DNA of 64,000 nt, taken from assembly GCF_038025025.1 (NCBI RefSeq), contig NW_027117339.1, positions 1,612,001-1,676,000 on the forward strand, in the 5' to 3' direction. The position numbers and the translations under genes are program-made. This document shows positions 62,167-64,000 of the stretch, one piece after another. Source of the stretch: Phyllosticta citribraziliensis. Taxonomy: Eukaryota. The notes under the pieces were generated by a model. The model saw only the letters and a list, made by a program, of their open reading frames with translations. It had not been told where the DNA came from and did not search any database. Numbering within the stretch: position 1 is the stretch's first letter; every line of letters begins with the position of its first letter.

Positions 62167-62741
62167 GTCGCACCACTTCTTGGCCATTGGAGAGAGTGAC
62201 TTCTGAGGGCCGGCGATTGGATATCGACACCAGCTTGGTGTATCACCTAGGTGAGCTCTTGGTGAAGCAGTTCTTCAGTGTACCTGGTGGTTGGAACTCG
62301 AGGAAACACAAGGAAAATAGGAAGGTATTGGGAGAGGTCAAATACCTAGGTAGAAACAAACCGGCGACAGAAAACGTACATCACTCTTGGGCGTGAGGTT
62401 GTGGGTAGCTGAAAGCTTTGGTTGCACGCCTCCCTAGGCGTGCGCGTCCGCTGGCCTCTGAAGTGGTGGAGCCCGGCAAAGGACCTCCCTTGACGGACGT
62501 CTCTTTGGCAAACTGCGCCTGCAGCAGCGTCCTGCCCGCGACAAACACGTCACGACAATACGCGATTCCGGAGCCTCGCGTTCGAGCCAACGACAATTCG
62601 CGCTTCCGCAAACCTCGCGCTCAAACAAGTTGACAACTCGCGCGCGCCGCCGCCGCCGCAAACGACGCGTCCACACGAATCACCAAGCAGACGGTCGAAA
62701 CGTCTTGCCCGCGCCCGCGCCCGCGCCTGCGCCTACGCGCC

Positions 62742-63454
62742 ATGGCTCCTCTCACCCTCGAAGACCTGGAAAGGACCTACGGATTCATGAGCCTTGACCG
62801 AAACCTCGAGCAAGCATACCGTCTCTACACCCTTTCAAGCGGCACCCTCAGAAATGGCTTCCCCGCAAGGCGGCTATCCTGTGCGTCTTCCTTGACTTCT
62901 TTGATCCAAAGTTCCGGAACATTCAAGTACAACCAGGACCCATGTCTCCCCTCTACTCGCAAGTACGCCGACAAGCTTTTCACCTTCCTCCACACTGAGC
63001 ACATCAAGTGGTCCTGGCACCACCCGGTTATCAAAGCCCGCACTCACGCCATCGAGAATCCGGACCGCACTTGGTCTGAGAAGACCAAGAAAACTGAGAG
63101 TGGCTGGTGGGACGGTCCTTATGAAGGCGGTGGCAGCTATGGCGGCGCCGGCGGCGGCGGCTCTGGCGCCAGCTACACTTCGAGCGGCTTATGGGATGGT
63201 CCAGACCAAGGCAGCGGCGGCTGTGGTGCACGCACTCTACCAGGCAGTTTCTCAAGCTCGAGTTCTGCCGCGGACGGCGACGTCATGAACGTTCAGCGAG
63301 GATGACAACCAAGACGTTTTCGCGGGTCACAATGAGGACGAGCACAAGCCAGAATTCAACAACGGGCTGTGAAGATGGATACAACGACGGATACGACGAA
63401 GACGACGGATACGACGGCGATGGTTGCGACAACGGCGACGACTACTTTGATTAA
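62742..63454 (+). pseudogene. Hypothetical gene with a Gly-rich region and an apparently frameshifted acidic tail
   Basis: 187-aa ORF 62742-63305. An Asp/Glu-rich tail continues in two other frames: FSEDDNQDVFAGHNEDEHKPEFNNG and CEDGYNDGYDEDDGY..DDYFD*. Confidence 0.45.
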
Positions 63455-64000
63455 CAGCCTTCTTGCACCTCTCCACAAAGACTTCTTCAAAAACCCAGAG
63501 GACAGTGAGCGTGATGGGACGGTGGATGGATAACTTGGGCACCTGACTTGGCGATCGATCGTCAACAGCGACGCGAGTCCTTGTAGAGCTTCTCTTAGGA
63601 CTTCACCGCCACGAGCGAGGGCGCTGGCTTTCTTCTTTTGTTCGGGGGACTGTTACGGAATCGAGCCTGAGCGCCGGCAGCAGAGAGTATCTTAAGCCAT
63701 CAAGGTGGCACAAGCCCTGGACCTCCATTTGGACGTCTGTGGGCGCGACACCTACACAAAACAACCTTCCATGCCGTCATCTTCCGTTTCTATGATAGGT
63801 TTGTGGATGACAGGTCCCGCCGCGGAAAAGTACTGCTCTTTGTGGCTTGCCGGTTCAAAATCTCCCTTCCTTTGCTGGTCTTATCCAGGAGCTTAATGTC
63901 TACTTTGCGGATCACTTCTTTTTCCCCTTTTCAAGTTTCGTTAGCAGGCGGACAGTCGCGCAGACGATGAGGCATGGAACAAGAGCAGATGTTCTAAAAT

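Overview
This is GC-rich, intron-containing DNA from a filamentous ascomycete. The GT..CTRAC..YAG introns of about 50-190 nt and the gene content fit Pezizomycotina; a Dothideomycete-like host is my inference. Gene models were rebuilt by hand from splice signals. Recognisable genes: LSM6, a Rad60/Esc2-like SUMO-like-domain protein, TRM112, YTM1, an 8-exon 14-3-3 gene, an FMP32/CCDC90-type protein, a WW + PhoD-like protein, an ArfGAP-UBA protein, a SWIM-finger protein, a Zn2Cys6 factor, ornithine aminotransferase and a YOR1-type ABCC transporter, plus several hypothetical genes. The last 6 kb holds a MITE-like element and small orphan or disrupted genes. The most unusual region is about 5950-8600. 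It has no credible long ORF, but it shows plus-strand spliceosomal intron signals, a GNRA hairpin whose stem lengthens across a splice junction, a possible H-type pseudoknot and three sets of nested long-range helices. It is a candidate spliced, highly structured long noncoding RNA. All RNA pairings were found by eye and have not been tested computationally.
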